Virus record (IMG/VR): IMGVR_UViG_3300042691_027194 | Origin: an uncultured virus (IMG/VR IMGVR_UViG_3300042691_027194) | Lineage: Duplodnaviria; Heunggongvirae; Uroviricota; Caudoviricetes | Reading direction: 5' to 3' (one strand) | DNA: 64,000 bases | Part shown: piece by piece, positions 39,651-48,866 of the stretch | Numbering within the stretch: the stretch's first letter is position 1 | Layout: each line of letters starts with the position of its first letter | Position numbers and translations under genes: made by a program | The notes under the pieces: model-generated | Seen by the model: only the letters and a program-made list of their open reading frames with translations | The model's database searches: none | Told to the model about the DNA's origin: nothing

Positions 39651-41480
39651 ATGGCGTCATTAAGAAAACGATTACAAAACCTGTTTAGTACCAATGTTAT
39701 TGTTAGAACATATGGTAAAGATAAACTGCGTGTAGTTGATACAAACCGTTTACAATCTGTAGGTAATTTAGCACAAAGCAAAGTAGCAGACCGATATACA
39801 CGTTTGCATGGTGCAAATAAGCATCGTGTAGGTGGAATGGGTGGCTATGATTCTAATTACTACATGCATCAGAATCGTATGCAACTTTATGCTGATTACG
39901 AAATGATGGATAAAGACCCAATTATTTCTGCAGCATTAGACATATATTCAGATGAATCTACATTAGCAGATCAGTTCGGTGAAATCTTAACAATTAAAAC
40001 AAATAATACCCAACTCCAAAAAATTCTATACAATTTATTTTACGATATCTTAAACGTAGAATTCAATTTATGGACATGGATTCGTAACATGACCAAGTAT
40101 GGGGATTTCTTTTTAAAACTAGATATTGCTGATGAATTAGGTATTATCAATGTGCGTCCATTTTCTAGTTATGAAATGGAACGTTGGGAAGAATATGACA
40201 ATGCAACTGGCGAATATGATATTAAATTCAAAAATATTGCGTCAGAACAAATGACATATGACACATACGAAGTTGCACACTTCCGCATGTTATCAGACTC
40301 AAACTTCTTGCCATATGGTAGATCCATGCTCGAAGGAGCCCGTAAAGAATTCCAAAAATTAATGATGATGGAAGATGCGATGCTTATACATCGTATTATG
40401 CGTGCACCAGAAAAACGTATTTTCAAAATTGATATTGGTAACATTCCACCAAATGAAGTTGATACATTCATGGAAACAATTATCAATAAAATGAAAAAAA
40501 TTCCACACATTGATCCACAAACCGGAAATTACAATTTAAAGTTTAATCTTAACAACATGTTGGAAGATTATTACTTGCCAGTGCGAGGAGGTCAATCATC
40601 AACTCAGATTGATACATTGCCAGGTATGACATTTACTGGTATGGATGATATCGAATACATCAAAGATAAAATGATGGCTGCTCTTAAGATTCCTAAACCG
40701 TTTTTAGGGTATGGTGAGTCGCAAGAAGGCAAAGTTAACTTAGCATCAATTGATATTCGTTTTGCTCGTACAATTGAACGCATACAGAAAATTGTAGTTT
40801 CTGAATTATCTAAAATTGCAATCGTGCATTTATATTCACAAGGATTTGAGGGTGAAGATTTAGTTGGATTTGAACTAGAATTAACAGCACCATCAATTAT
40901 ATACGATCAGCAAAAAGTGGCGTTAATGAATGAAAAAATTACATTAGCAAACACAATGAAAGATTCAAAATTAGTATCAGATCGATACATTTATGAGTAT
41001 ATCTTTAATATGTCTGAGGATCAGTGGTTGCAAGAACGTAACGATGTTATTGAGGATCTTAAACTTCGTTTCCGTCAAAATCAGATTGAACAAGAAGGAA
41101 ATGACCCAGCTGTTACGGGAGTGTCTTTTGGTACACCACATGACCTAGCAACCGTGCATATGTCAAGCAATGACGTAGAAGATAAAGATCTGGGAGGTCG
41201 ACCAAAAGAAGGAATTAAATCAGGACAACACCGTAATGCATTTGGATGGGATCCGACAGGTAAAAAAGAATTGAAACAACAATTTAATCCGGAAAATCAA
41301 AAAACAGCATTCCAACCAGATCCAAATTTTAGATCTAAACTTTCTATGACTCGAACTGAGAATATTGTTAAAGGAATGAAAACAAAACCAGGTGTTAATA
41401 TCATCACTGAAACGTTTAAAAAATCATCCGACCACGACGCTGACGCTGGAACTATGTTAGATGAAAATAACATTTTATAA
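39651..41480 (+). CDS. portal protein (T4 gp20-like)
   Basis: MEDAMLIHRIMRAPEKRIFKIDIGN, MLEDYYLPVRG and IDTLPG. Confidence 0.95.
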   Translation: MASLRKRLQNLFSTNVIVRTYGKDKLRVVDTNRLQSVGNLAQSKVADRYTRLHGANKHRVGGMGGYDSNYYMHQNRMQLYADYEMMDKDPIISAALDIYSDESTLADQFGEILTIKTNNTQLQKILYNLFYDILNVEFNLWTWIRNMTKYGDFFLKLDIADELGIINVRPFSSYEMERWEEYDNATGEYDIKFKNIASEQMTYDTYEVAHFRMLSDSNFLPYGRSMLEGARKEFQKLMMMEDAMLIHRIMRAPEKRIFKIDIGNIPPNEVDTFMETIINKMKKIPHIDPQTGNYNLKFNLNNMLEDYYLPVRGGQSSTQIDTLPGMTFTGMDDIEYIKDKMMAALKIPKPFLGYGESQEGKVNLASIDIRFARTIERIQKIVVSELSKIAIVHLYSQGFEGEDLVGFELELTAPSIIYDQQKVALMNEKITLANTMKDSKLVSDRYIYEYIFNMSEDQWLQERNDVIEDLKLRFRQNQIEQEGNDPAVTGVSFGTPHDLATVHMSSNDVEDKDLGGRPKEGIKSGQHRNAFGWDPTGKKELKQQFNPENQKTAFQPDPNFRSKLSMTRTENIVKGMKTKPGVNIITETFKKSSDHDADAGTMLDENNIL

Positions 41481-41523
41481 TTATAAACATATTTATATAA
41501 AACCATAAGGCATCGTATACCAA

Positions 41524-42372
41524 ATGAAGAAACTAAAACATTCAAAATATAAGAATACGGGTATTTTATTTGAAATGTTAGTTAGGAAATTAACTTCAGA
41601 AACATTGTCATCTAATAAATCAGTTACAATTGACATCATAAAAAAATATTTTGGTAGAAATACTGAATTATCAAAGGAACTGCAATTATATAATGCACTA
41701 TTAAAAGAACAATTTCGTAGTGAAGCACAAGCTCTAGATTATATACGTACAGTTAAAGCTGCTCATGAAAAACTAAATCAAACAGTGCTTAAGCGCCAAA
41801 GATATAATCTTGTAAAAGAAATTTCAGATCGGTTTGTATTTGATAACATGTCAAAAATGCACATCAACAATTACAAAGTGTTAGCATCAATTAACATGAT
41901 TTTTGAATATGCAGAAACGGATAATCCAAAACAATTAATGGAATGTAAAAGTGCTATTATTGATAATGGAATTATTCAAGAACGAGTAAAACCAACAAAA
42001 GATCCAGTATTAGAAAACTTTGAATCACAACCAAAGGAAATGCGTTTATTAACGTACAAACTTTTAATTGACAAATTCAATGAAAAATATTCTGGGTTAG
42101 ATGAATCACAAAAACATTTATTAAATAAATACATTACACACGTTAATGATACAGCTACACTGCGAGAATATGTACATACGATAATTCCTAATATCAAAAA
42201 GCAACTTGCTGATTTAGCAAACCCAGTTGATGATAAAGTTATTAAAATTAAAGTGCAAAAGCTTTCAGAAATGTTATGCAATGTAGAAAATTTAAAAACA
42301 ATAAAAGAATCACATATTCTTTCGTTGTTACGTTATTATGATTTGATTCGCGAATTAAAAGAGGTTAAATGA
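41524..42372 (+). CDS. hypothetical head-module protein
   Basis: 282 aa between portal and protease; late promoter at 41489. Confidence 0.65.
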   Translation: MKKLKHSKYKNTGILFEMLVRKLTSETLSSNKSVTIDIIKKYFGRNTELSKELQLYNALLKEQFRSEAQALDYIRTVKAAHEKLNQTVLKRQRYNLVKEISDRFVFDNMSKMHINNYKVLASINMIFEYAETDNPKQLMECKSAIIDNGIIQERVKPTKDPVLENFESQPKEMRLLTYKLLIDKFNEKYSGLDESQKHLLNKYITHVNDTATLREYVHTIIPNIKKQLADLANPVDDKVIKIKVQKLSEMLCNVENLKTIKESHILSLLRYYDLIRELKEVK

Positions 42373-43061
42373 TGAAGTCATTTTTACGAGAAATGGAAGA
42401 AAAATTTGTTGAATTAGAAAATCAGTGTGAAGCGTGTAATAAACCTTCTGACGAATGTGTTTGTGAAGAACTTGATGAAGTATCAGCAACAGGCGGGGTA
42501 GCTGGATATAATACTCCTGCAGCTTTCCGTAAAACTGTTAAACATGTAGGATATGCATCTGGACTAGAAGAAAACACAAAGCCAGTTTCTAAAACATATA
42601 AACCTGGTCATTATCAAACAGTTGAATTTGACGAAGAGGTACAGAACGACAAATTTTCATTTTCAATTGACGATACAAAATGGTGGAATAAAGAATTAGA
42701 ATACCCATCAAAAGATATAACTAATTCACCAGGAACATCACATAAAAAAGATCGAGATTCCGGAACTAAACTTAAAGTTGAAGATGTGTTAGAACGAAAA
42801 TACGAGCAACTAATTGAAGGATATCGTTCTTTTGCTACGGCTGATTCTAAAACAACACCGGAACAAAAAGTAAAAAACACAATTAAAGAAGTTGCACGTA
42901 AACTTCAAGAAATTGAAACAATGGTGAATTATAATTCCAGATTAAAAACAGAATCTGGAGTAACATCATCTGCATATGGTAATAGCACAAAAAAAGCGTT
43001 ACAAAAAATATCAGAACGATTAGTAAAAATATCAGAACGAGTAAGAGCATTAGGGGAATAA
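42369..43061 (+). CDS. hypothetical head-module protein
   Basis: FLRE, CxxC..CxC, LDEVSATGGVAGYNTPAAF and LIEG. Confidence 0.6.
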   Translation: MMKSFLREMEEKFVELENQCEACNKPSDECVCEELDEVSATGGVAGYNTPAAFRKTVKHVGYASGLEENTKPVSKTYKPGHYQTVEFDEEVQNDKFSFSIDDTKWWNKELEYPSKDITNSPGTSHKKDRDSGTKLKVEDVLERKYEQLIEGYRSFATADSKTTPEQKVKNTIKEVARKLQEIETMVNYNSRLKTESGVTSSAYGNSTKKALQKISERLVKISERVRALGE

Positions 43062-43062
43062 T

Positions 43063-43689
43063 ATGTCAAAACAACTTATAGTAGAATATATGCCATTTAA
43101 GCCAGTTGGTTCACTTACTGAATCAAGCGGTGCTGCATATGGAATACCAGGTGGTTTTGTAGTGCAAGGAGTTTTGCAAAGAGCAGGCGCAAAAAATCAA
43201 AACGGCCGAGTATATCCTAGAAGCATCTTGGAACGTGAATGTCAACGATACCAACAAGAATACATCAATCAACATCGTGCATTAGGCGAATTAGATCATC
43301 CAGAGTCATCGGTTGTTAACTTGAACAACGTGTCACATAACGTGTTGAAGATATGGTGGAAAGGTGATGATTTATTAGGAGCAGTGCAAATCTTAGATAC
43401 GCCGTCAGGTAAGATTCTTAAAGAACTTTTCAAGGCTGGAATCACATTAGGAATTTCATCACGTGGATTAGGATCTGTTAAAGAACTTAGATCAGAAGGC
43501 ACAGTTGAAGTGCAAGAAGATTTTGAATTGATTTGTTGGGACTTTGTATCAAACCCATCAACCCATGGTGCATTTATGCGTCCAACATCGATGAATGAAT
43601 CAGTAAATAAAACAATAACAAATAAATACGCACGAGTACATGATGCAATTACATCTATACTATGTGAAGATGGAAAATGTAGGATATAA
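43063..43689 (+). CDS. prohead core protease (T4 gp21-like)
   Basis: NQNGRVYP, ALGELDHP, VSH, GISSRGLGS and DFVSNPS motifs. Confidence 0.95.
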   Translation: MSKQLIVEYMPFKPVGSLTESSGAAYGIPGGFVVQGVLQRAGAKNQNGRVYPRSILERECQRYQQEYINQHRALGELDHPESSVVNLNNVSHNVLKIWWKGDDLLGAVQILDTPSGKILKELFKAGITLGISSRGLGSVKELRSEGTVEVQEDFELICWDFVSNPSTHGAFMRPTSMNESVNKTITNKYARVHDAITSILCEDGKCRI

Positions 43690-43690
43690 C

Positions 43691-44068
43691 ATGAAAACAC
43701 CAAATTTAAAATATATTTTAGAAACTTTGTTAGAGGATCAACCAACACCGTTATCTAAACAAGAAAAACAAGAATTCATCGATCAAGTAAAAAGATTTAG
43801 TGAATTAGGTGATTCTGTTTACGGTAAAGGCGATTTAGAACAACTAACAACCAGAGTTCGAGATATCATAAATAAAGCAGATCAGATTGCATCAGAATCA
43901 GGAGATTGGTTTGATGGTGTTACTGTAAAACGTCACATGAAAAATTTGAACGACTCATACAAAGTGTTTGAATCGACTGCAAAGGAAATGAACATGTTGC
44001 AACAAAGATTAAGTGCAGCATATGAAGATATTGCACAAGGTTTAAGTAAATATTTTGATGTGCAATAA
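43691..44068 (+). CDS. hypothetical head-module protein (start reassigned from 43640 to 43691)
   Basis: MKTPNLKYILETLLED; AGGA upstream; the later start avoids overlap with the protease. Confidence 0.65.
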   Translation: MKTPNLKYILETLLEDQPTPLSKQEKQEFIDQVKRFSELGDSVYGKGDLEQLTTRVRDIINKADQIASESGDWFDGVTVKRHMKNLNDSYKVFESTAKEMNMLQQRLSAAYEDIAQGLSKYFDVQ

Positions 44069-44069
44069 T

Positions 44070-44100
44070 TTGGATATTGATAACTAATTACTTATATTAT
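44070..44100 (+). promoter_or_regulatory. Bacteroidota-type promoter TTGG-N19-TATATTAT driving the ORF44112-bS21 unit
   Basis: Same spacing as the promoters at 2737, 5285, 7048 and 25924. Confidence 0.6.
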
Positions 44101-44111
44101 AAGGTATAAAG

Positions 44112-44627
44112 ATGAACAAATTAAAAAAATTGTATCGCGATTTCTTTGGATTAACTGAGGCAGCAACTCCAACGTCAAATATTCCAAAAATCTTACCAGC
44201 TGGTGAAATTGAAAAAAGTATAAAAGCTGTAGAAAAATATGGCGATGCAATGAAAAATGCCGGCCTTATCGAAACTGAAGATATGGTTGACGAAGCACAA
44301 TTAATTAATAATATTGTTGATTATCGAGGTGGAGTTGAATATGTGCTTCGTAACCCAGCAGAGGCAGAAGCTGTTGCAAATGAAATCCGCGAATGGGCTA
44401 CCAAAAAAGGATTTACTATAGTTAAACATGTTGCGTCACCATCTGGTAAAGTTGGATATTTCTATTTTCGATTAGGACAAGATCCAGGACGCGAATCACA
44501 ACGTATTCAAGGGTATATTGCACAAAAGCCAGAAATTAAACATTTCCGTTTTAACGTAAGAGGTGAAAAGCCAGCTCCTGAACCTACGCCTGAGCCAACA
44601 CCTCAACAACCACAAGCAAATATTTAA
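44112..44627 (+). CDS. hypothetical protein
   Basis: 171 aa; GLTEA and VDEAQ sites; Pro-rich tail. Confidence 0.6.
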   Translation: MNKLKKLYRDFFGLTEAATPTSNIPKILPAGEIEKSIKAVEKYGDAMKNAGLIETEDMVDEAQLINNIVDYRGGVEYVLRNPAEAEAVANEIREWATKKGFTIVKHVASPSGKVGYFYFRLGQDPGRESQRIQGYIAQKPEIKHFRFNVRGEKPAPEPTPEPTPQQPQANI

Positions 44628-44636
44628 ACCAGTTAT

Positions 44637-44882
44637 ATGAGTAAAAAACAAAAACAACATCAAATGATTGTTCCCGGTCAATCAATGGCAGTGCATGTAC
44701 CGGGGAGCACTAGAGAAGATTTAGCAGCCGCACTTAAAACATGGAAACGCAAAGTAAAAATGTCTGGAGTGTTAGAGGCAACTAAAGATCGAAAAGAATT
44801 CATTAAGCCAAGTGTGCTAAAACGACAACAACACGCAAACGCAGCATATATGCAACATATTCGCACAATGCATTCAAAATAA
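44637..44882 (+). CDS. rpsU: ribosomal protein bS21 homolog
   Basis: DLAAALKTWKRKVKMSGVLEATKDRKEFIKPSVLKR matches the bS21 pattern ALxxxKRK...FxKPS..R. Confidence 0.85.
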   Translation: MSKKQKQHQMIVPGQSMAVHVPGSTREDLAAALKTWKRKVKMSGVLEATKDRKEFIKPSVLKRQQHANAAYMQHIRTMHSK

Positions 44883-44908
44883 TATCTTTACCACAAAAGT
44901 ATTAAATT

Positions 44909-44940
44909 AAGTCCTAGCTTGAAAAAGTTGGGACTTTTTT
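44909..44940 (+). terminator. intrinsic terminator after bS21
   Basis: AAGTCCTAGCTT-GAAA-AAGTTGGGACTT followed by a T tract. Confidence 0.85.
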
Positions 44941-45077
44941 ACTGTTTTTTCAAACTGGCTGATATATATTAAAGAATACGCTATTCCGTTCTTATTATAT
45001 AGCGTTTATATAATTTTAAAATTCTATTAAGATTTCAAATAATCTTACTTCCAAAAACAAAATTTAGGGGAAAAACT

Positions 45078-46079
45078 ATGGCAAAATCAGATTTGCTAAA
45101 ACAAGCAATCGCTGATGCTAACGCTGTTAAAGAAACTGCATTAGCAAACGCAAAGATCGCCTTACAAGAAGCATTTGCTCCTCGTCTAGAAAGAATGTTA
45201 GCAACTAAACTAACAAATGAAATCGACGGCGAAGAAGAAATTGATGCAACCGGTGAAGAAGCATTAGATGCTGCACCAGAAGCTGATATGGAAATGGACA
45301 TGGATGCTGAAGGTGGCGATGATTTTAATTGGGTAGACAATGATCTATCTGCAGAAGTAGGTGGAAGCACTTACGATTTCGAAGTTGGCATGGCCGGTGG
45401 AGAAGAAGAAGAATTAGGTGGTGAAGAACTTCCAGCAGAAGAAATGCCAATGTCTGATGATGAGATGGATGCAGAGTACAACGAAGGCTATGATCATGAC
45501 GATCTAGATCTTGAAGGAATCATTCGTGAGTTAGAAGGCGATATGGACATGGAAATGTCAGAAGACGAAATGGAAATGCCAGAAGACGATATGGTATCGG
45601 ATGGATATGAGCCAGAAGCTGGTGATATGGATATCGATGAAATCATTGAATCAATTCTTCGTGAAGAAGATGATATGGAAGACGAGCCAGAAGTTAAAGA
45701 TGATGAAGTTGCTAAAAAAGACGAAGAATTAGCAGAAGCTTATCGTACGGTTAAAAAACTTACTAGCATCATCAATGAGGTTAATCTTCTTAATGCAAAA
45801 CTTCTTTACACAAACAAATTGTTCCGCAATTTTGAATTAACTGAAGCACAGAAAATGAAAGTGATTGAAAACTTCGATCGTTCAGTTAATACAAGAGAAG
45901 TAAAATTAGTATTTACAACATTAGCTGAATCTTTCTCAAGACCAGTAACTAAGAAACGTGTTGTTAAAGAATCGTATGCGTCTAAAGCGACTGCAACTAC
46001 GGCTCCTAAAAAAGCACCAATTCTTAATGAAGGATTTGAGCAAGCAGAACGTTGGAAAAAATTAGCAGGATTGCTATAA
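45078..46079 (+). CDS. prohead core scaffold protein (gp22-like)
   Basis: Highly acidic D/E/M-rich middle; EVNLLNAKLLY; directly upstream of the major capsid gene. Confidence 0.8.
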   Translation: MAKSDLLKQAIADANAVKETALANAKIALQEAFAPRLERMLATKLTNEIDGEEEIDATGEEALDAAPEADMEMDMDAEGGDDFNWVDNDLSAEVGGSTYDFEVGMAGGEEEELGGEELPAEEMPMSDDEMDAEYNEGYDHDDLDLEGIIRELEGDMDMEMSEDEMEMPEDDMVSDGYEPEAGDMDIDEIIESILREEDDMEDEPEVKDDEVAKKDEELAEAYRTVKKLTSIINEVNLLNAKLLYTNKLFRNFELTEAQKMKVIENFDRSVNTREVKLVFTTLAESFSRPVTKKRVVKESYASKATATTAPKKAPILNEGFEQAERWKKLAGLL

Positions 46080-46107
46080 CAAAACAAAAAGAAAAGGAAA
46101 CACAAAA

Positions 46108-47772
46108 ATGAGTATTTCAAATTTATTGCAAACTAACGATTTTGTACAAAGAAATCAAGCAAAAGCGTTAGCTAGCAAATGGGAAAAGACCGGTCTATTA
46201 GAAGGTCTTAAGGGCGAAACCGAAAAAGCAGGTATGGCTCAGTTGCTTGAAAACCAAGCACGTCAATTAGTAAAAGAAGCTACTTCAACTGGTACAACAG
46301 CAGGATCTGAAGAGTGGGCAGGTGTTGCACTTCCATTGGTACGTCGTATCTTTGCTGAGTTTGCAGCAAAAGAATTCGTTTCAGTTCAGCCAATGAACTT
46401 ACCATCAGGACTTATTTTCTATCTAGATTTTAAGTATGGTACAGCTCAGCCTGGATTTGACAATGATAACTTGAACCGCACAGGTGATCCATTTGGTTCT
46501 CCAAACGCAGACGATTCAATGTTCGGTGTTACTACTACTGCTAATGATGCATCAGGAGGTCTTTACGGTGCAGGTCGTTTCGGATATTCAATCAACGAAA
46601 CAGCTTCAATTGTAACAGCAACTACTGGTTCTACTCCAACAGCTACGCAAGTTAATGGTGATTCTGCATACTCTGGATCTTCTGCATTTAAAGTGGTAAC
46701 AGTTAACGTTCCTACAAATGCAGATCTTTATGCAGTACGTTCATTCACATTCTTGTCTGGATCTACAGAAATTGTACCGGTACAAGCATTCTCTACTATC
46801 ACAAGCAATTACACCGCATCATTCGTTGTAACAAACGCACAATTAACTGCAGTTAGTGCATCGATTTCAGCAGGTACATTGAGATTAAACTATAGCAAAC
46901 AACCTACAGATATCACTCGTGGTGATTTTGAAGATGCAAATCCATTCAAAGGTACTGCTTATGGTACATCTGGTATTAACCAAGGTACGGATATTGATAT
47001 CCCAGAAATTAACCTTGAAATGCAATCTGAGCCAATTGTTGCTAAGACTCGTAAGTTGAAAGCAGTTTGGACTCCTGAGTTTGCTCAAGATTTAAATGCT
47101 TACCACTCAATTGATGCTGAAGCTGAATTGACTTCAATGTTGTCTGAGTATGTATCAATGGAAATCGATCTTGAAATCCTTGATATGTTGATCGCAGCAG
47201 CTCCAACAACTGAGTATTGGTCAGCTCGTAACAATACACTTTGGAATGGTACTGCATTTGAACAAGTAGCAGCTGGTGCTGTATCAGCAACTGGTTTAGG
47301 TGATGGTTTCTATAACACTCAAGGTGGATGGTTCCAAACTTTAGGTACTAAACTTCAAAAAGTATCTAATAAGATTCACCAAAAAACATTGCGTGGTGGT
47401 GCTAACTTCCTAGTATGTTCTCCTGCAGTAGCAACTGTTCTTGAGTCTATCCCAGGATTTGCCGCTGACACAGATGGTACTAAAATGGAATTTGCAGCAG
47501 GTGTACAAAAAATTGGTGCAATCAATAACCGTTACACAGTTTATAAAAACCCATACATGTTAGAAAATGTAATCTTAATGGGCTTTAGAGGTTCACAATT
47601 CTTGGAAACAGGTGCTGTATTTAGCCCATACATTCCATTGATTATGACTCCACTTGTATACGATCCAGTTAACTTCACTCCACGTAAAGGTGTCATGACA
47701 CGTTACGCGAAGAAAGTAGTTCGTTCTGAATTCTACGGAAAAGTATACGTTCACGGATTAAACACTCTTTAA
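46108..47772 (+). CDS. major capsid protein (T4 gp23-like)
   Basis: LPLVRR, VSVQPMNLPSGLIFY, AKTRKLKAVWTPEFAQDLNAYH, PYIPL and GVMTRYA. Confidence 0.97.
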   Translation: MSISNLLQTNDFVQRNQAKALASKWEKTGLLEGLKGETEKAGMAQLLENQARQLVKEATSTGTTAGSEEWAGVALPLVRRIFAEFAAKEFVSVQPMNLPSGLIFYLDFKYGTAQPGFDNDNLNRTGDPFGSPNADDSMFGVTTTANDASGGLYGAGRFGYSINETASIVTATTGSTPTATQVNGDSAYSGSSAFKVVTVNVPTNADLYAVRSFTFLSGSTEIVPVQAFSTITSNYTASFVVTNAQLTAVSASISAGTLRLNYSKQPTDITRGDFEDANPFKGTAYGTSGINQGTDIDIPEINLEMQSEPIVAKTRKLKAVWTPEFAQDLNAYHSIDAEAELTSMLSEYVSMEIDLEILDMLIAAAPTTEYWSARNNTLWNGTAFEQVAAGAVSATGLGDGFYNTQGGWFQTLGTKLQKVSNKIHQKTLRGGANFLVCSPAVATVLESIPGFAADTDGTKMEFAAGVQKIGAINNRYTVYKNPYMLENVILMGFRGSQFLETGAVFSPYIPLIMTPLVYDPVNFTPRKGVMTRYAKKVVRSEFYGKVYVHGLNTL

Positions 47773-47816
47773 TAGTTAATTGAATTTAATTGACTTAACA
47801 AATTAAAGAATGAATT

Positions 47817-47846
47817 AAAGGGGATGGCTTCGGTCATCCCTTTTTT
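47817..47846 (+). terminator. intrinsic terminator after the major capsid gene
   Basis: GGGATGGC-TTCG-GTCATCCC followed by T6 (UUCG tetraloop). Confidence 0.9.
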
Positions 47847-47876
47847 ACTGTGCTATATTTATATTAAAAGAATAAT

Positions 47877-48152
47877 ATGGCAGTACCTAGAAGTAAATAC
47901 TCAATGCAAGCGGTTATCCGATATGATGGTCGTCTAGTAGATGTATTGGATCGAATTCGGGCAATTCGTTTAGTATTAATGGTTCATATCGAACAAGATT
48001 TAGGACCAGACAAAGAATTAATCACACTCAAGATAATGACACCATATCCAGCTCGTAAAACATTTCAAGCAGTTCGTCAAATGTGTTTAGGTAAAATAGA
48101 AACACTAAAAGATATGCAACTCAAAGAAACAACACTTACAAAATTATTTTAA
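47877..48152 (+). CDS. hypothetical protein
   Basis: 91 aa; late promoter at 47855. Confidence 0.65.
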   Translation: MAVPRSKYSMQAVIRYDGRLVDVLDRIRAIRLVLMVHIEQDLGPDKELITLKIMTPYPARKTFQAVRQMCLGKIETLKDMQLKETTLTKLF

Positions 48153-48176
48153 TCACGTTACAACAAAAGGTTATCA

Positions 48177-48836
48177 ATGGCTACAACTAATAAGGAGAAA
48201 ACTCCACCAAAGAACGATATTAAATTTTCAATTACATTATCAGACGAACAAAAAGAAGCAAAAGCAAAGATTATAGAAACGCCATTTAACTTTATATTAG
48301 GTAAAGCTGGATCGGGTAAAACATTGTTAGCAGTTCAAATTGCATTGGACATGTTTTTTAAACGACAAACAAACAAAATTATCATTACTCGTCCTACTGT
48401 TTCAAATGAAGACAACGGATTCTTACCCGGGTCGCTCACAGAAAAAATGGAACCATGGTTAGTTCCAATTCGAAGCAATATGCGTAAAGTGTATAACAAG
48501 CCAGAGCTTCTAGAAAAAATGGAAAAAGAAGAAAATATTGAATTAGTATCATTAGCACACTTTCGAGGACGTACATTTGACCATGCAGTTTGTATTGTGG
48601 ATGAGTTTCAAAACTTAACTAAAGAGCAACTTAAAATGGTGTTGTCTCGATTAGGTAAAGATAGCATCATGATACTATGTGGTGACAAATATCAGGTAGA
48701 TTTAAAATTTAAAAATGATTCTGCTACACATGAAGTTCCTAAACTTCGAGACTCAAAATGGGTGAATGAAATCATTTTATTGGATAATCACCGCCATGAA
48801 GCATTAGATGATATTTTAACCAGATTAAATGATTAA
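48177..48836 (+). CDS. phoH: PhoH-family ATPase
   Basis: GKAGSGKT, ITRP, GFLPG, FRGRTF, DEFQN and GD..Q.D motifs. Confidence 0.93.
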   Translation: MATTNKEKTPPKNDIKFSITLSDEQKEAKAKIIETPFNFILGKAGSGKTLLAVQIALDMFFKRQTNKIIITRPTVSNEDNGFLPGSLTEKMEPWLVPIRSNMRKVYNKPELLEKMEKEENIELVSLAHFRGRTFDHAVCIVDEFQNLTKEQLKMVLSRLGKDSIMILCGDKYQVDLKFKNDSATHEVPKLRDSKWVNEIILLDNHRHEALDDILTRLND

Positions 48837-48866
48837 TAACATATTTATATATAAAAGGTAAAACAA

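Noticed and set aside
38022..47772. Introns or inteins in terminase, portal or capsid genes
   Set aside because: The ORFs are uninterrupted and of ordinary length, with no intein or homing-endonuclease motifs seen.
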